36,961 nt of DNA from a virus (Duplodnaviria > Caudoviricetes): positions 1 through 36,961 of the IMG/VR virus record IMGVR_UViG_3300037784_000160. One strand, 5' to 3'. The notes under the pieces were generated by a model. The model had not been told where the DNA came from and ran no database searches. It worked only from the letters and a program-made list of their open reading frames with translations. The position numbers and the translations under genes were made by a program. How positions within the stretch are numbered: the stretch's first letter is position 1; every line of letters begins with the position of its first letter. Positions 23,126 through 31,582 of the stretch are shown here, piece by piece.

Positions 23126-25665
23126 GCTGCGCGCTCAAGTGCGCCGACCGCGCCGCTGCGCTGGTTCCCGACCAGATCAATCGGGCAGGCTTCATCGTCG
23201 GCGGGGATGACGCCAAGGAAGACCGAACCGGCGGCGGGCGTGTAGTCGCCGCCGCCGACGCCTACTACTGCCGGGTTCTGGTGGTTGGCCTGGTAGTTTT
23301 CGAACTGGGCGCGCGCGTCCGGGCCGACGAAAATCATCGTCGAAGGCCACGCCTCGCCGATCCAGTGACCGGCCCCCGGCTCGCTCTTGCCGGGGTTGGA
23401 GGGCAGCGAAATCGTGCTGTCGGCCTGGGTCAGGCGGATAAATTCCCAACCGACCCGATAGGCAACGTTCCATGTGTGGATGCGCGCGCCGTTGTTCTGG
23501 AAGGTGTCTACCTTGGTGTTGAGCGCGCCAAGAATCGAGCGACGGAAGATCAGCAGCTTCTTCAGCTGCTGCTCGGGATCGCCATTATCGACCATCGTGA
23601 AGGTGTCTTCGTAACCGATATTCACCCGGTTCCCGGCTACGGTGACATAGTCGGCGAAGAAGTTGCTGCTGTTGATGTTCGCGCCATCGGCGGAAATCTG
23701 CACTGCCCCCTGCGACGTTCCGTAGCTTTCGATCCGAAGGTTGAGGACGCCGTAGGCGGTGATGGGCATCTGGTGCCCGACCCGCATTCCCGGCCCGGTC
23801 GTGCTGGTATGGACCAGAGAGACGCCTGCCAGCATGATGTTGTCGATCGGCAGGATGTTGCTGAGCGTCGGCCCCCGCTCCTCCCCAAAGTTGAAGGCCC
23901 AGCCCACATGCACGCCGGCGTAACAGAAGCCGAAAGGCGGGTGGCGACCAGCGCAATCGGTATCACGCACCAGCATGTAGTTTTGCCTGACGTTGCCGAA
24001 CGCGAAGCCGCTGACGCCCACTTCCGGTTGGTCGCACCCGGTCATCCATACCTTGCCACAGCGATAGAGGCCGCACGCCGTGCTGGCCGCGCCCTGGGCA
24101 TCGATGAAGGGCGAGTTGTCGATCCAGATTTCCTGCCCGTAAGAGCCGTCATTCGCCTCGCCGCCATCAATGAAGATCGGCGTTCCGCTGGTGACACCGA
24201 CAAGGTCGAGCCCGGCGAAGCCGCGAAGGACCGTCCGGCGCGGGACGGTGCGCGCCGCCGCAGCGCGCTGCAAGATGCAGTTCGTCGCGCCGGTGACCGG
24301 GCGATAGACGCACCAGCTGCCCGCGACCGGGACATCCTCCGCGCCGAAGTTCGCCGGCGGGTCACCGAAGACCGACTTCAGCAGCGAAAGGGTGTGCGTC
24401 TCGTCGCTGAAGCAGATTTCGATGCCCGACTGATTGTTCCGGCCATGCGCCGAAACGTTCAATTGCCATGCGGCCAGCAGCGCAGCCTTGTCCGTGGCGA
24501 AAGGCGTGGCGGCGGCTGCACCCTCGCTTTCTGTCGAAGCCGCCCCGGTGCCATCATTGCCCGCGGTAGCGTTCACCACGGCATAGACCCTAGGAAACGT
24601 CCCGGCATGGTCGGCAAAGTGCGTGTGCGTCGCGAACTCTCCCAGAGATGCGTCACCATCGTCGCTGTCGATCGGCGCATCGCCGATCCACGGATAGCCC
24701 CGCCAGCGTTCGCGAACTTCCTCGCCCTGAGTGAAGGCGGTCATGTCTTCGGGACCGAAGGCCGCCTGGAACGCGGGGATCGCATTCGTCAGCTTGGGCA
24801 TCGCGTCGGCTTCGATCATCTCGGCGACGGTCTTTGAACGAACCACGCCGCTGGTCTGGCCGACAAGATCGCATCGCATGGCGGCGAAGGTACGACCTTC
24901 GGCAGCGTGAACCGTCTCGCCGGTCACCTCGAACTTGGCGGTCTGCCCCAGCAGCCGATAGGGCGGCAGAAGGTTCCGCAAGGCCATCTTCGGGTAGGCT
25001 TCGGTCGAATTGTTGATGGTCGTCACGCCGTCCTGGTCAGGAGCGTCCTGCCCGCCGACGTTATACCAGCCCGCTGCGAGGGTCAGCCAAGGGTCGAAGC
25101 CCGAATTACCGGTCTGCCCGTTCGCGTTCCGCTTCGCCTTGGCGAAGGCCTGTTTGGACAGCGAAAGGCGCCAGGTCGCGACGCCGGCGGCGATGGTTTC
25201 ATAGCCTTCCGCCTGGTTCGGCGATGGCAGGCGCAGGGCTTCGGTCACTTCCAGGACGCGCGGGCGGACGATAGGGCGACCGAATTCGTCGAAGCCCTTG
25301 TCGAACAGGGTCAACGACAGCTTCGACGGGTCGAAGGTGCCGCCGGCGTCGGCTTCGGCGACATCGATTTCCATGACCCAGCCCGAATTGCGGATGCGCG
25401 CGGCCAGCGCGACCGCTGGAAGCGCGCCGCGCTTCAGCGCCGCCAGCTGGGCGCGCAGGGTCAGGACTTCGCGATTGAAATGCGAAGCCAGCGCCAGCGC
25501 GGAAACGCCGGCAAGGGTTTCGGCTTCCACCTGGTCGATGCGCGCGTTTGCCCCTGCGCCCAGGTCGCTGGCGCGGACCTGTTTCGCTTCGCCCTGCTGG
25601 ACCAGGGGAAGAATTTCGCTGCCCGTAAGTGCGGCGGCGTTGGGTAAGTCTGAAACCTTCGGCAT
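23122..25665 (-). CDS. Large tail-associated protein with predicted right-handed beta-helix (tailspike / receptor-binding candidate), 847 aa
   Basis: N-terminal KVSDLPNAAALTGSEILPLVQQG; VYAVVNATAGNDGTG...PFAT beta-helix entry motif; C-terminal GDYTPAAGS...DLVGNQR..VGALE cap motif; TGATG coupling to G. Confidence 0.65.
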   Translation of the reverse strand: MPKVSDLPNAAALTGSEILPLVQQGEAKQVRASDLGAGANARIDQVEAETLAGVSALALASHFNREVLTLRAQLAALKRGALPAVALAARIRNSGWVMEIDVAEADAGGTFDPSKLSLTLFDKGFDEFGRPIVRPRVLEVTEALRLPSPNQAEGYETIAAGVATWRLSLSKQAFAKAKRNANGQTGNSGFDPWLTLAAGWYNVGGQDAPDQDGVTTINNSTEAYPKMALRNLLPPYRLLGQTAKFEVTGETVHAAEGRTFAAMRCDLVGQTSGVVRSKTVAEMIEADAMPKLTNAIPAFQAAFGPEDMTAFTQGEEVRERWRGYPWIGDAPIDSDDGDASLGEFATHTHFADHAGTFPRVYAVVNATAGNDGTGAASTESEGAAAATPFATDKAALLAAWQLNVSAHGRNNQSGIEICFSDETHTLSLLKSVFGDPPANFGAEDVPVAGSWCVYRPVTGATNCILQRAAAARTVPRRTVLRGFAGLDLVGVTSGTPIFIDGGEANDGSYGQEIWIDNSPFIDAQGAASTACGLYRCGKVWMTGCDQPEVGVSGFAFGNVRQNYMLVRDTDCAGRHPPFGFCYAGVHVGWAFNFGEERGPTLSNILPIDNIMLAGVSLVHTSTTGPGMRVGHQMPITAYGVLNLRIESYGTSQGAVQISADGANINSSNFFADYVTVAGNRVNIGYEDTFTMVDNGDPEQQLKKLLIFRRSILGALNTKVDTFQNNGARIHTWNVAYRVGWEFIRLTQADSTISLPSNPGKSEPGAGHWIGEAWPSTMIFVGPDARAQFENYQANHQNPAVVGVGGGDYTPAAGSVFLGVIPADDEACPIDLVGNQRSGAVGALERAA

Positions 25666-26120
25666 CAGTCGAACTCCGGCCAGAGGGTGTGGGTGGCGAT
25701 CGGGAAGGCGGCGAGATCTGCCACGGGCAGGCCGCTCGCCAGATCCTCGATCGCGTTCGATGCGGCGCGGATCGCGTCGATCCGGGCGAAGCGCACCGCG
25801 CCGGCATCGCTGGGAGTGCGCAGATCGTTGAGCTGCTGCCATTCCGGGCTCACCGCGCGGATGCGCTGCGCAGCCTCGCGCCGGATCGCGGCGCGCAGCC
25901 CGGCGCGCAGTTCCTCGGCTGCCGGGCGCTGCCTGCGCACCAGCACGGGCCGGCCGCGCGCGTCGACATCGATCGCGCGGCCCTCTCCCAGCGCCTCGAT
26001 CAGCTCGCCATGGCGCGCATCGCCGATTTCGACAGCGCCCTCGGGCGCGGCCTTGCGGGTCAGGAAGAAGGCCGGGCGGCGATCGTCGCCGGCGCCGATC
26101 ATGGCGAAGAACACACTCAT
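25665..26120 (-). CDS. Tail fibre assembly protein (G-like)
   Basis: PEGAVEI...H.ELI...GRAI..DARGRPVL pattern of tail fibre chaperones; follows the fibre gene with an ATGA overlap. Confidence 0.65.
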   Translation of the reverse strand: MSVFFAMIGAGDDRRPAFFLTRKAAPEGAVEIGDARHGELIEALGEGRAIDVDARGRPVLVRRQRPAAEELRAGLRAAIRREAAQRIRAVSPEWQQLNDLRTPSDAGAVRFARIDAIRAASNAIEDLASGLPVADLAAFPIATHTLWPEFD

Positions 26121-27355
26121 GACAGGTCGATGCTCCCGATTGCGAGATAGGCCATTGCGTCCGCGTTCTGGTTGGCGCTGAAGACCTGGAAGCCGGTGGC
26201 GGTGATGGTGTTGGTGCGGATCGCAGGATAGTTGTCCTGCGCGTTGGTGTTGGTGTCGCTGGTCCCGTCGGTCACCGCCGCCCAGCACTGCTTGAAAGCG
26301 ACCGGGAAGGTGACCGAAGTGCTGGTGTTGCTGTTCGCGGTGAAGCGGCCCCACTGGATGCACAGGGCGTCCGCGGGATCGCCCAGCGCCAGCGCGATGT
26401 AGCCGTTCTGCCCGAAGCTCTTGACGATCGGCCCCAGAACGCCGGGCGTGAGCGCGACATTGCTGGCCGTGCCCGCGAGCAGCTGCGCGATGCTGGCCGC
26501 CGCGACCGTGATCACCCGGTTCGCCGCGAGCGACCCGCCGCCGCTCGCCAGCCCCGCGCCGGTGATCGTCCGCGCGGTCAGCGCCGATAGGCTGTTGCCG
26601 AGCGTGGTATCTCCGTTCGCCCGGGCGGCGGCCTCGGCGGCGATCGCTGCGATGCGCGCGGTCTCTTCGTCGAGGATGTCCTGAATGATCGGCGCGAGCC
26701 GCTGGGCGAGCTTGAGCGGGGTCACTATCCGAAGATCGTCGGTGCCGGCGTCGACCTCGGCTTGGGTCGCAAGCTCGGCCACGCCCTCGACCTCTTCGGT
26801 CGCGCTGACGATGGCTCCAAAGGCATCGGCGAGCCGGGTCTCGAGCTTGAGCGGGGTGACGATACGTTCGTCGTCGGCTCCGGCGTCGACCTCGGCCTGG
26901 GTGGCGATCTCGGCCACGCCCTTCACGGTTTCTGTTGCGGGCGGGAAAAGGAAGGTGGCGTCGCCGAAGGTGATGTCGCCGGCAACCGCGTCCTGGAAGG
27001 CAACATCGAAGGCTAGCTGGAGGTTGAGCACCGCGGCCTTGCTGATGATGGGGTCAGCCTGACCATAGGCAGCGAACAGCGTGCCGTCCGCAAGATACAG
27101 GCCGAAGCTGCGCAGGTCGTAGATGTCGGCCGAGGAATCCTGCGCGGTCATGTGGATCACGGTTTCGCTCACCGCCGTGCCGGAGATCGCCCCGATTCGC
27201 TTGAACTCGCCGGGCAGCGCGGTCAGCGTCGGGGCGAGGGTCACCTCCTGATCGGAAAAGCCGACCTCGGTGATCTCGATCGCCCCGGTCACCCCGTTCT
27301 GCGCGTCGACCAGCGCATCGAGGCCGGCGGTGGTGATGGTCAGGGTAAAGCTCAT
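26117..27355 (-). CDS. H: Tail fibre protein H
   Basis: ITTAG...GLYLADGTLFAAY baseplate-attachment domain; two ATQAEVDAG.DD.RIVTPLKL repeats; C-terminal IQWG...VTFPVAF domain. Confidence 0.85.
   Translation of the reverse strand: MSFTLTITTAGLDALVDAQNGVTGAIEITEVGFSDQEVTLAPTLTALPGEFKRIGAISGTAVSETVIHMTAQDSSADIYDLRSFGLYLADGTLFAAYGQADPIISKAAVLNLQLAFDVAFQDAVAGDITFGDATFLFPPATETVKGVAEIATQAEVDAGADDERIVTPLKLETRLADAFGAIVSATEEVEGVAELATQAEVDAGTDDLRIVTPLKLAQRLAPIIQDILDEETARIAAIAAEAAARANGDTTLGNSLSALTARTITGAGLASGGGSLAANRVITVAAASIAQLLAGTASNVALTPGVLGPIVKSFGQNGYIALALGDPADALCIQWGRFTANSNTSTSVTFPVAFKQCWAAVTDGTSDTNTNAQDNYPAIRTNTITATGFQVFSANQNADAMAYLAIGSIDLS
26696..26938 (-). repeat. Internal 36-aa duplication in the tail fibre (45-aa period)
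   Basis: ATETVKGVAEIATQAEVDAGADDERIVTPLKLETRL versus ATEEVEGVAELATQAEVDAGTDDLRIVTPLKLAQRL. Confidence 0.85.
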
Positions 27356-27365
27356 GCGCGGGCCT

Positions 27366-28004
27366 TCATGCTGCGATCAGGAACTGGCCGGCTTCATCCT
27401 GAAGCGGCTCGCCGTTTTCGGTCTGGAGGTAGGTTGCCCACACCGGATCGCCGGCGGCTGCGGTGTCGGCAGCGCACTCGATCCGGCCGATCCCGCCCCA
27501 GATGACCGCGCTCACCAGCCCGATCTGGCCCTGGGCATAGATCCGGTAGGACGCGATCACGTGGGCGCGCAGCGGCTTCACCACGGCAATGTCGCGCAGC
27601 AGGACGGAGATCGTCTCTTCATTGTAGTCGATGGCGCTGGTGTTGCGATCGGGCAGGTCGAGCCGGAAGGTGTAGGGTTCGAGGTTGGCGGGATCCTCGA
27701 ACCATTCGGTGATGTCGATCAGCGGGTCGATCCGGTCGAGCGCGCGGCGCAGTGCCGCCCGGGTGCCCTTGCGGCGCTGGTCATCGATCGCGCCGGCGAT
27801 CGCCGCGCGCTTCTGACTCTCGGTCCAGTCGCTGTCCCAAATGTCGATCGACAGGCCCCAGCCCAGCCAGGGAAGCAGCGCCGCCGGGCAGTTCTCGGGC
27901 GACCAGACATCGCCCACCGGCACCGGCATAGCGGCGAGCGTATCCGCTTCCAGCGCGTCGAACGCACGCTCGAACGCCGAGCTGTTGGGCGGCAGCAGGT
28001 TCAT
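27366..28004 (-). CDS. I: Tail/baseplate protein I
   Basis: LLPPNSS, CPAALLPWLGW..SID.W, KGT.AALRRAL, EWFE...PYTF, KPLRAH. Confidence 0.9.
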   Translation of the reverse strand: MNLLPPNSSAFERAFDALEADTLAAMPVPVGDVWSPENCPAALLPWLGWGLSIDIWDSDWTESQKRAAIAGAIDDQRRKGTRAALRRALDRIDPLIDITEWFEDPANLEPYTFRLDLPDRNTSAIDYNEETISVLLRDIAVVKPLRAHVIASYRIYAQGQIGLVSAVIWGGIGRIECAADTAAAGDPVWATYLQTENGEPLQDEAGQFLIAA

Positions 28005-28915
28005 TCGTCGAAGCCCGCGATGGTGACGTCGATCGCGCCGACGCTGCCCACCTGTGTCTGCTCGACGAAGACATCGGCCACCGGCTCGACGAGGTTGACG
28101 TTCTGCACCCCGCCGACATGCAGCGCGGCGATGATAGCCGACCGGGCAATGTTGCGTCCCAGGCGGCGATTGGTGGCGAGCAGCTGGTCGAGCGCGGCGG
28201 TGGCGGTGTCGAGGATCAGCTGCGCATCGGGGCCGGGGTAAAGCACCAGCTGGGCGGTGATATCGAAGGGCAGCAGTTCGGCCGATTGCACCGTGACGCG
28301 GTCGGTGAGCGGACGGACTTCATCCCCTGCGAGCAGATCGCGCACTGCGGCGACCAGCTCGGGCGAAGCCGTGCCGTCGCCGTTGCGCGAGAGGATCGAG
28401 ACGGTGACCTCGCCGGGGCGCGGGCTCACCGCCGAGGCATCGAGCACGTCGGCATCGGCCGACAGGGCGTGGAAGACATAGGCGCTGGCAGGCCCCGCCA
28501 CCGAGTAGGAATCCGGGGCAAGCAGCACCCGGCGGCGCAGGTCCTCGTCGCTTTCCATGATCGCGGCAGCGCCGGTCGCCGGGTTGGCGGGCGTGATTTC
28601 CTGCCGCAGCACGCCGAACAGCGCTGCCAGGTGATCGAGGTTCCCGCCGCGCGCGTAAGCGACCAGCAGGCTGCGCGCCGCATCGTTGATGCGCTGGCGC
28701 AGCACCAGCTCGGCCCAGGCGCCGGTCTCGAGCAGCTTGATCGCCGGGTCGCTCTCGACGAAGGCGGTGAACTCGGGATAGCGCGCGAGGAAATCGGCGC
28801 GGCGACGGGCATAGATGGTCTCGAAGTCGAGCGCCTCGACCACGTCCGGCGGCGGCAGGCGCGAAAGGTCGATCGCGGTCGAGCTGGCGCTGGTCGAGTT
28901 GAGCGGGAGAGCCAT
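28001..28915 (-). CDS. J: Baseplate assembly protein J
   Basis: IDLSRLPPPDVVEALDFE, ESDP..KLLE, SVAGPASAY.FHA, VRPLTDRVTV. Confidence 0.93.
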   Translation of the reverse strand: MALPLNSTSASSTAIDLSRLPPPDVVEALDFETIYARRRADFLARYPEFTAFVESDPAIKLLETGAWAELVLRQRINDAARSLLVAYARGGNLDHLAALFGVLRQEITPANPATGAAAIMESDEDLRRRVLLAPDSYSVAGPASAYVFHALSADADVLDASAVSPRPGEVTVSILSRNGDGTASPELVAAVRDLLAGDEVRPLTDRVTVQSAELLPFDITAQLVLYPGPDAQLILDTATAALDQLLATNRRLGRNIARSAIIAALHVGGVQNVNLVEPVADVFVEQTQVGSVGAIDVTIAGFDE

Positions 28916-28961
28916 GCCGCCAACTGCCTGCCACGCGCGCGCGATTGGAAGGGCGCGGACA

Positions 28962-28980
28962 GGTGAAAGCGGCTTTGACC
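28962..28980. promoter_or_regulatory. Candidate Ogr activation site upstream of J
   Basis: GGTGAAAGCGGCTTTGACC (GGT-N13-ACC), centred 56 bp from the J ATG. Confidence 0.65.
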
Positions 28981-28981
28981 C

Positions 28982-29461
28982 CTAGCGGTCGATCAGCTCG
29001 GCGACGATGTCGAGCACGGCGTCGCGATCGGCATCGTCAAAGCCGAGCAGCCGCCGCTCCGGGTAGCGGGTGAAAACTTTGGAGCCATCCGGCGAGCGGC
29101 CGACGAAACCGCGCAGGCCGAAGTGGTGCGTGGCGGCGACATTGTCGCCTTTCGCCAGACTGATCTCGACGCTGTCGGGCTGCGCCTTGACCTTCCACAT
29201 CCGGGCATAGCGCAGCTTGCGGAACATCTTGCCCCCGACCCTGCCCCTGACCCGCCCACGGGCATCGAGGCGGCTCTTGCGCTTTTCCATGGGCGCGCCG
29301 CCGGGTTCGACATTGCGGCGGATGCGATCGAGATTCGATCGGCGGAGCGCCTGCCCCAGCTTCATCGCCGCGCGCTTGCGCTTGGCGGGCGAAAGCCCTT
29401 CGAGCACCTGGCCGAACCACTCATCGAGCGCCGCCAGCGCCTCCGAATCATAATCAGCCAT
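28982..29461 (-). CDS. S: Virion morphogenesis / tail completion protein S
   Basis: LRRSN..RI....P.G......RK, MFRKLR, HHFGL, YPERRLLGF. Confidence 0.88.
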   Translation of the reverse strand: MADYDSEALAALDEWFGQVLEGLSPAKRKRAAMKLGQALRRSNLDRIRRNVEPGGAPMEKRKSRLDARGRVRGRVGGKMFRKLRYARMWKVKAQPDSVEISLAKGDNVAATHHFGLRGFVGRSPDGSKVFTRYPERRLLGFDDADRDAVLDIVAELIDR

Positions 29462-29930
29462 CGGTATCGGTCAGCTGCACTTCGACCAGGTCCGGGATCG
29501 GATCGAGGCCGGCGAAGGCGGTGCCATCGTCAAACAGCGGATCGGGCTCCTGCAGGTAGGTCACCTGCCAGCTGCCGTCCTGCTGCGGTTCGACCGTGAT
29601 GTTTTCGGTCAGGTTGATGGTGAACAGGATGTCGGCAGTGGTGAGGTCGAGAATATCGGTCTCGAACTGGAAGCTGTCGCCATTGGGCGCGAGCAGATCG
29701 GGCTGGTTGACGCGCAGCCAGCGGGTGATCGCCAGCGCGATGATCGCGATGTCGGTGCTGGCCTGCTCGATCAGGACCGACAGCGGATATTGCAGGGCAA
29801 AGCCATGACTGGCGGTGCCGCGCGCCCGCACGGCGCCGTTCTCGACCCATAGCTTCAGTCGCTCGGGTTCCTTGCGCAGCTCCGGCAGCGCGGCTTCGAG
29901 CGCCTTGCGCAGGGACTGACTTTTCCGCAT
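29454..29930 (-). CDS. R: Tail completion protein R
   Basis: MRKSQSLRKAL, WLRVNQPDLL, FETDILD, INLTE. Confidence 0.88.
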   Translation of the reverse strand: MRKSQSLRKALEAALPELRKEPERLKLWVENGAVRARGTASHGFALQYPLSVLIEQASTDIAIIALAITRWLRVNQPDLLAPNGDSFQFETDILDLTTADILFTINLTENITVEPQQDGSWQVTYLQEPDPLFDDGTAFAGLDPIPDLVEVQLTDTDG

Positions 29931-29934
29931 CGAA

Positions 29935-30147
29935 CTAATCCCACAGCTTCACGGTTTCGCGCCGCACCGGGGCGGTGGTGGCGACCAGATCGGGCAGCAC
30001 GATCCGGGTGCCGCCCGGCAGCACCGGGCCCAGCGCGGCAAGGCCGGGGTTGAGATCATAGGCCTGTTCGCTCACTCCCGCAGTCTGACCGAGCACGCGC
30101 CAGCATACCGCGTCGAGCGTCTCCCCCTGCTGCGCGACCGCGATCAT
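29935..30147 (-). CDS. X: Tail protein X (LysM-like)
   Basis: AQQGETLDAVCWR, NPGLAALGPVLP.GT...LP, VKLWD. Confidence 0.9.
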   Translation of the reverse strand: MIAVAQQGETLDAVCWRVLGQTAGVSEQAYDLNPGLAALGPVLPGGTRIVLPDLVATTAPVRRETVKLWD

Positions 30148-30148
30148 C

Positions 30149-30655
30149 TCAGATCAACTCCACCCGGTTGCGGACCGCGCGCGCTTTTGCGTCGTCATCT
30201 TCCGCGCCGATCGCGCGCAGATCGGCGACCGCGTCGTAAGCCTTGGTGCGGTAGATCCCGGCGCTGTCGCGCTTTTCCTCGTTGCGGTCGATCGCTTCGT
30301 CGGTAGCGCTGACATCGATGTGCATGTCGGCGAGCTCGGCCGCGGCGTAGAAGGTGACGATGCGCTGCCAGATCAGCTCGGCCTTGTTCTTGCCGTTGAT
30401 CTGGTCGGTGGTGACAGCGGCGAGAGCCGTGGCGCCTTCGAGTGCGCGGGCCTTGCGCCAATCGGACAGCGAACGAAGCCCGGACAGGATCCCGCCTTCG
30501 ATTGCCTGGATCAGACGCGCCTCGGTCACCGCGCCCTCGCCGAGCCGGATCGCGGCGCGGACCTGTTCGGTGCCGATCGCGGGGAACCAGCCATCGGCCT
30601 CGATCGCAATGCCTTCGGGCGCGAAATTGTCGGGGGGTGCGGTGAGGCCGGTCAT
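30149..30655 (-). CDS. L: Head completion/stabilisation protein L
   Basis: DGWFPAI, VT.ARL, C-terminal RNRVELI; position after M. Confidence 0.85.
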   Translation of the reverse strand: MTGLTAPPDNFAPEGIAIEADGWFPAIGTEQVRAAIRLGEGAVTEARLIQAIEGGILSGLRSLSDWRKARALEGATALAAVTTDQINGKNKAELIWQRIVTFYAAAELADMHIDVSATDEAIDRNEEKRDSAGIYRTKAYDAVADLRAIGAEDDDAKARAVRNRVELI

Positions 30656-30690
30656 CGCGAGAGGTCCTCATCCTTGCACACGGCGGACAT
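30652..30690 (-). CDS. Possible 12-aa mini-ORF (MSAVCKDEDLSR) coupled to L
   Basis: Strong SD GGGAGGTGATC directly before the ATG; stop overlaps the L start (ATGA). Confidence 0.35.
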   Translation of the reverse strand: MSAVCKDEDLSR

Positions 30691-30720
30691 GATCACCTCC
30701 CTTCGGTTCGGGCGCTCGCC

Positions 30721-30754
30721 GCGCTGAAGTAGCGAAGCGGTAGCGCGTTCAAGA
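30721..30754. repeat. 34-bp REP-like hairpin repeat, copy 2
   Basis: GCGCTGAAGTAGCGAAGCGGTAGCGCGTTCAAGA; 21-bp core identical to copy 1. Confidence 0.85.
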
Positions 30755-30841
30755 TGTGGGGAGGGTGGGGACGGGATCGGCAGCTGGGGGGAATATCCGC
30801 TGCCGTCCTGTCCGCCCTCCCCGGCGCCGTGGGGCGTCCGG

Positions 30842-31582
30842 TCAGGCTCCGTCCTTCGGAGCCAGATCGCGCAGCAGCTTCTCCGCGCGCTCGATGTCCT
30901 TCTTCACTCCGGCCTTGTCGTTGAGCTTGAGCGCGCGATGGAGGTGATCAAAGCCCGCCTGCGCAAAACCCGCTGCGCCGCCGGCCGGGCCGGTCTCGTC
31001 GCTGGGGTCGAAGTCTTCCGCCTTCGCCAGCCAGCTTCGGCCGAGCGCCTTGTCGAGCTTGGCCTTGGCCTGGTCCGGCATGTCGGCATCGCGGGTGAGC
31101 TGGTCGAGCTCGACCAGATGCTCGTGCGAGACGCTGGCGGGATCCTTGAGCGCGGCCTCCGCGATGTCCTCGCGCAGGAAGCAGGCGACCGAGCGGTTGT
31201 AGCGCTCGGGCATCGCGAGGCCGTGCTTCAGCGCGAAGCGTCCCATCGCGAGCGCCTCGGCGAAGTCGCCGCAGTCGATCGACCAGACCATGCAGGTCAG
31301 CAGCACTTCGTCCTGCACCGGCTTGTCGGCGGCGATCACGCCTTCGATCCAGTCGGCGAAGTGGGCCATGAACTCGCGCTTCACCGGGATGCGCGCCTCG
31401 TGGCTTTCGATGTCCTGCAGTTTGCGCAGGTTGTCGTGAAGCACTGCGCGCAGCACCGCATATTCCTGCCCAGCCTCGCTGGCGGGATCGGGCGCGGCGG
31501 CAGCGGGGGCCGAAGGCGCGGTCGCGCCGGCAAGCGTGGCGAGCTTGCGCTGGCGATGGCGAAGGGCGGGGCTGAAGGACAT
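30842..31582 (-). CDS. M: Terminase small (endonuclease) subunit M
   Basis: SPALRH, QDEVLLTCMVWSIDCGD, DMPDQAKAKL.KA.G, GVKKDIE. Confidence 0.9.
   Translation of the reverse strand: MSFSPALRHRQRKLATLAGATAPSAPAAAAPDPASEAGQEYAVLRAVLHDNLRKLQDIESHEARIPVKREFMAHFADWIEGVIAADKPVQDEVLLTCMVWSIDCGDFAEALAMGRFALKHGLAMPERYNRSVACFLREDIAEAALKDPASVSHEHLVELDQLTRDADMPDQAKAKLDKALGRSWLAKAEDFDPSDETGPAGGAAGFAQAGFDHLHRALKLNDKAGVKKDIERAEKLLRDLAPKDGA

Noticed and set aside
26117-27355. Tail fibre inversion system or diversity-generating retroelement
   Set aside because: No invertase, inverted fibre cassette, reverse transcriptase or TR/VR pair. The internal duplication is an ordinary fibre repeat.
18614-30754. The 34-bp repeats as CRISPR repeats or as att sites of a nested element
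   Set aside because: There are only two copies, 12 kb apart, with no spacers or cas genes. The DNA between them is essential tail and baseplate genes, not a separate element.
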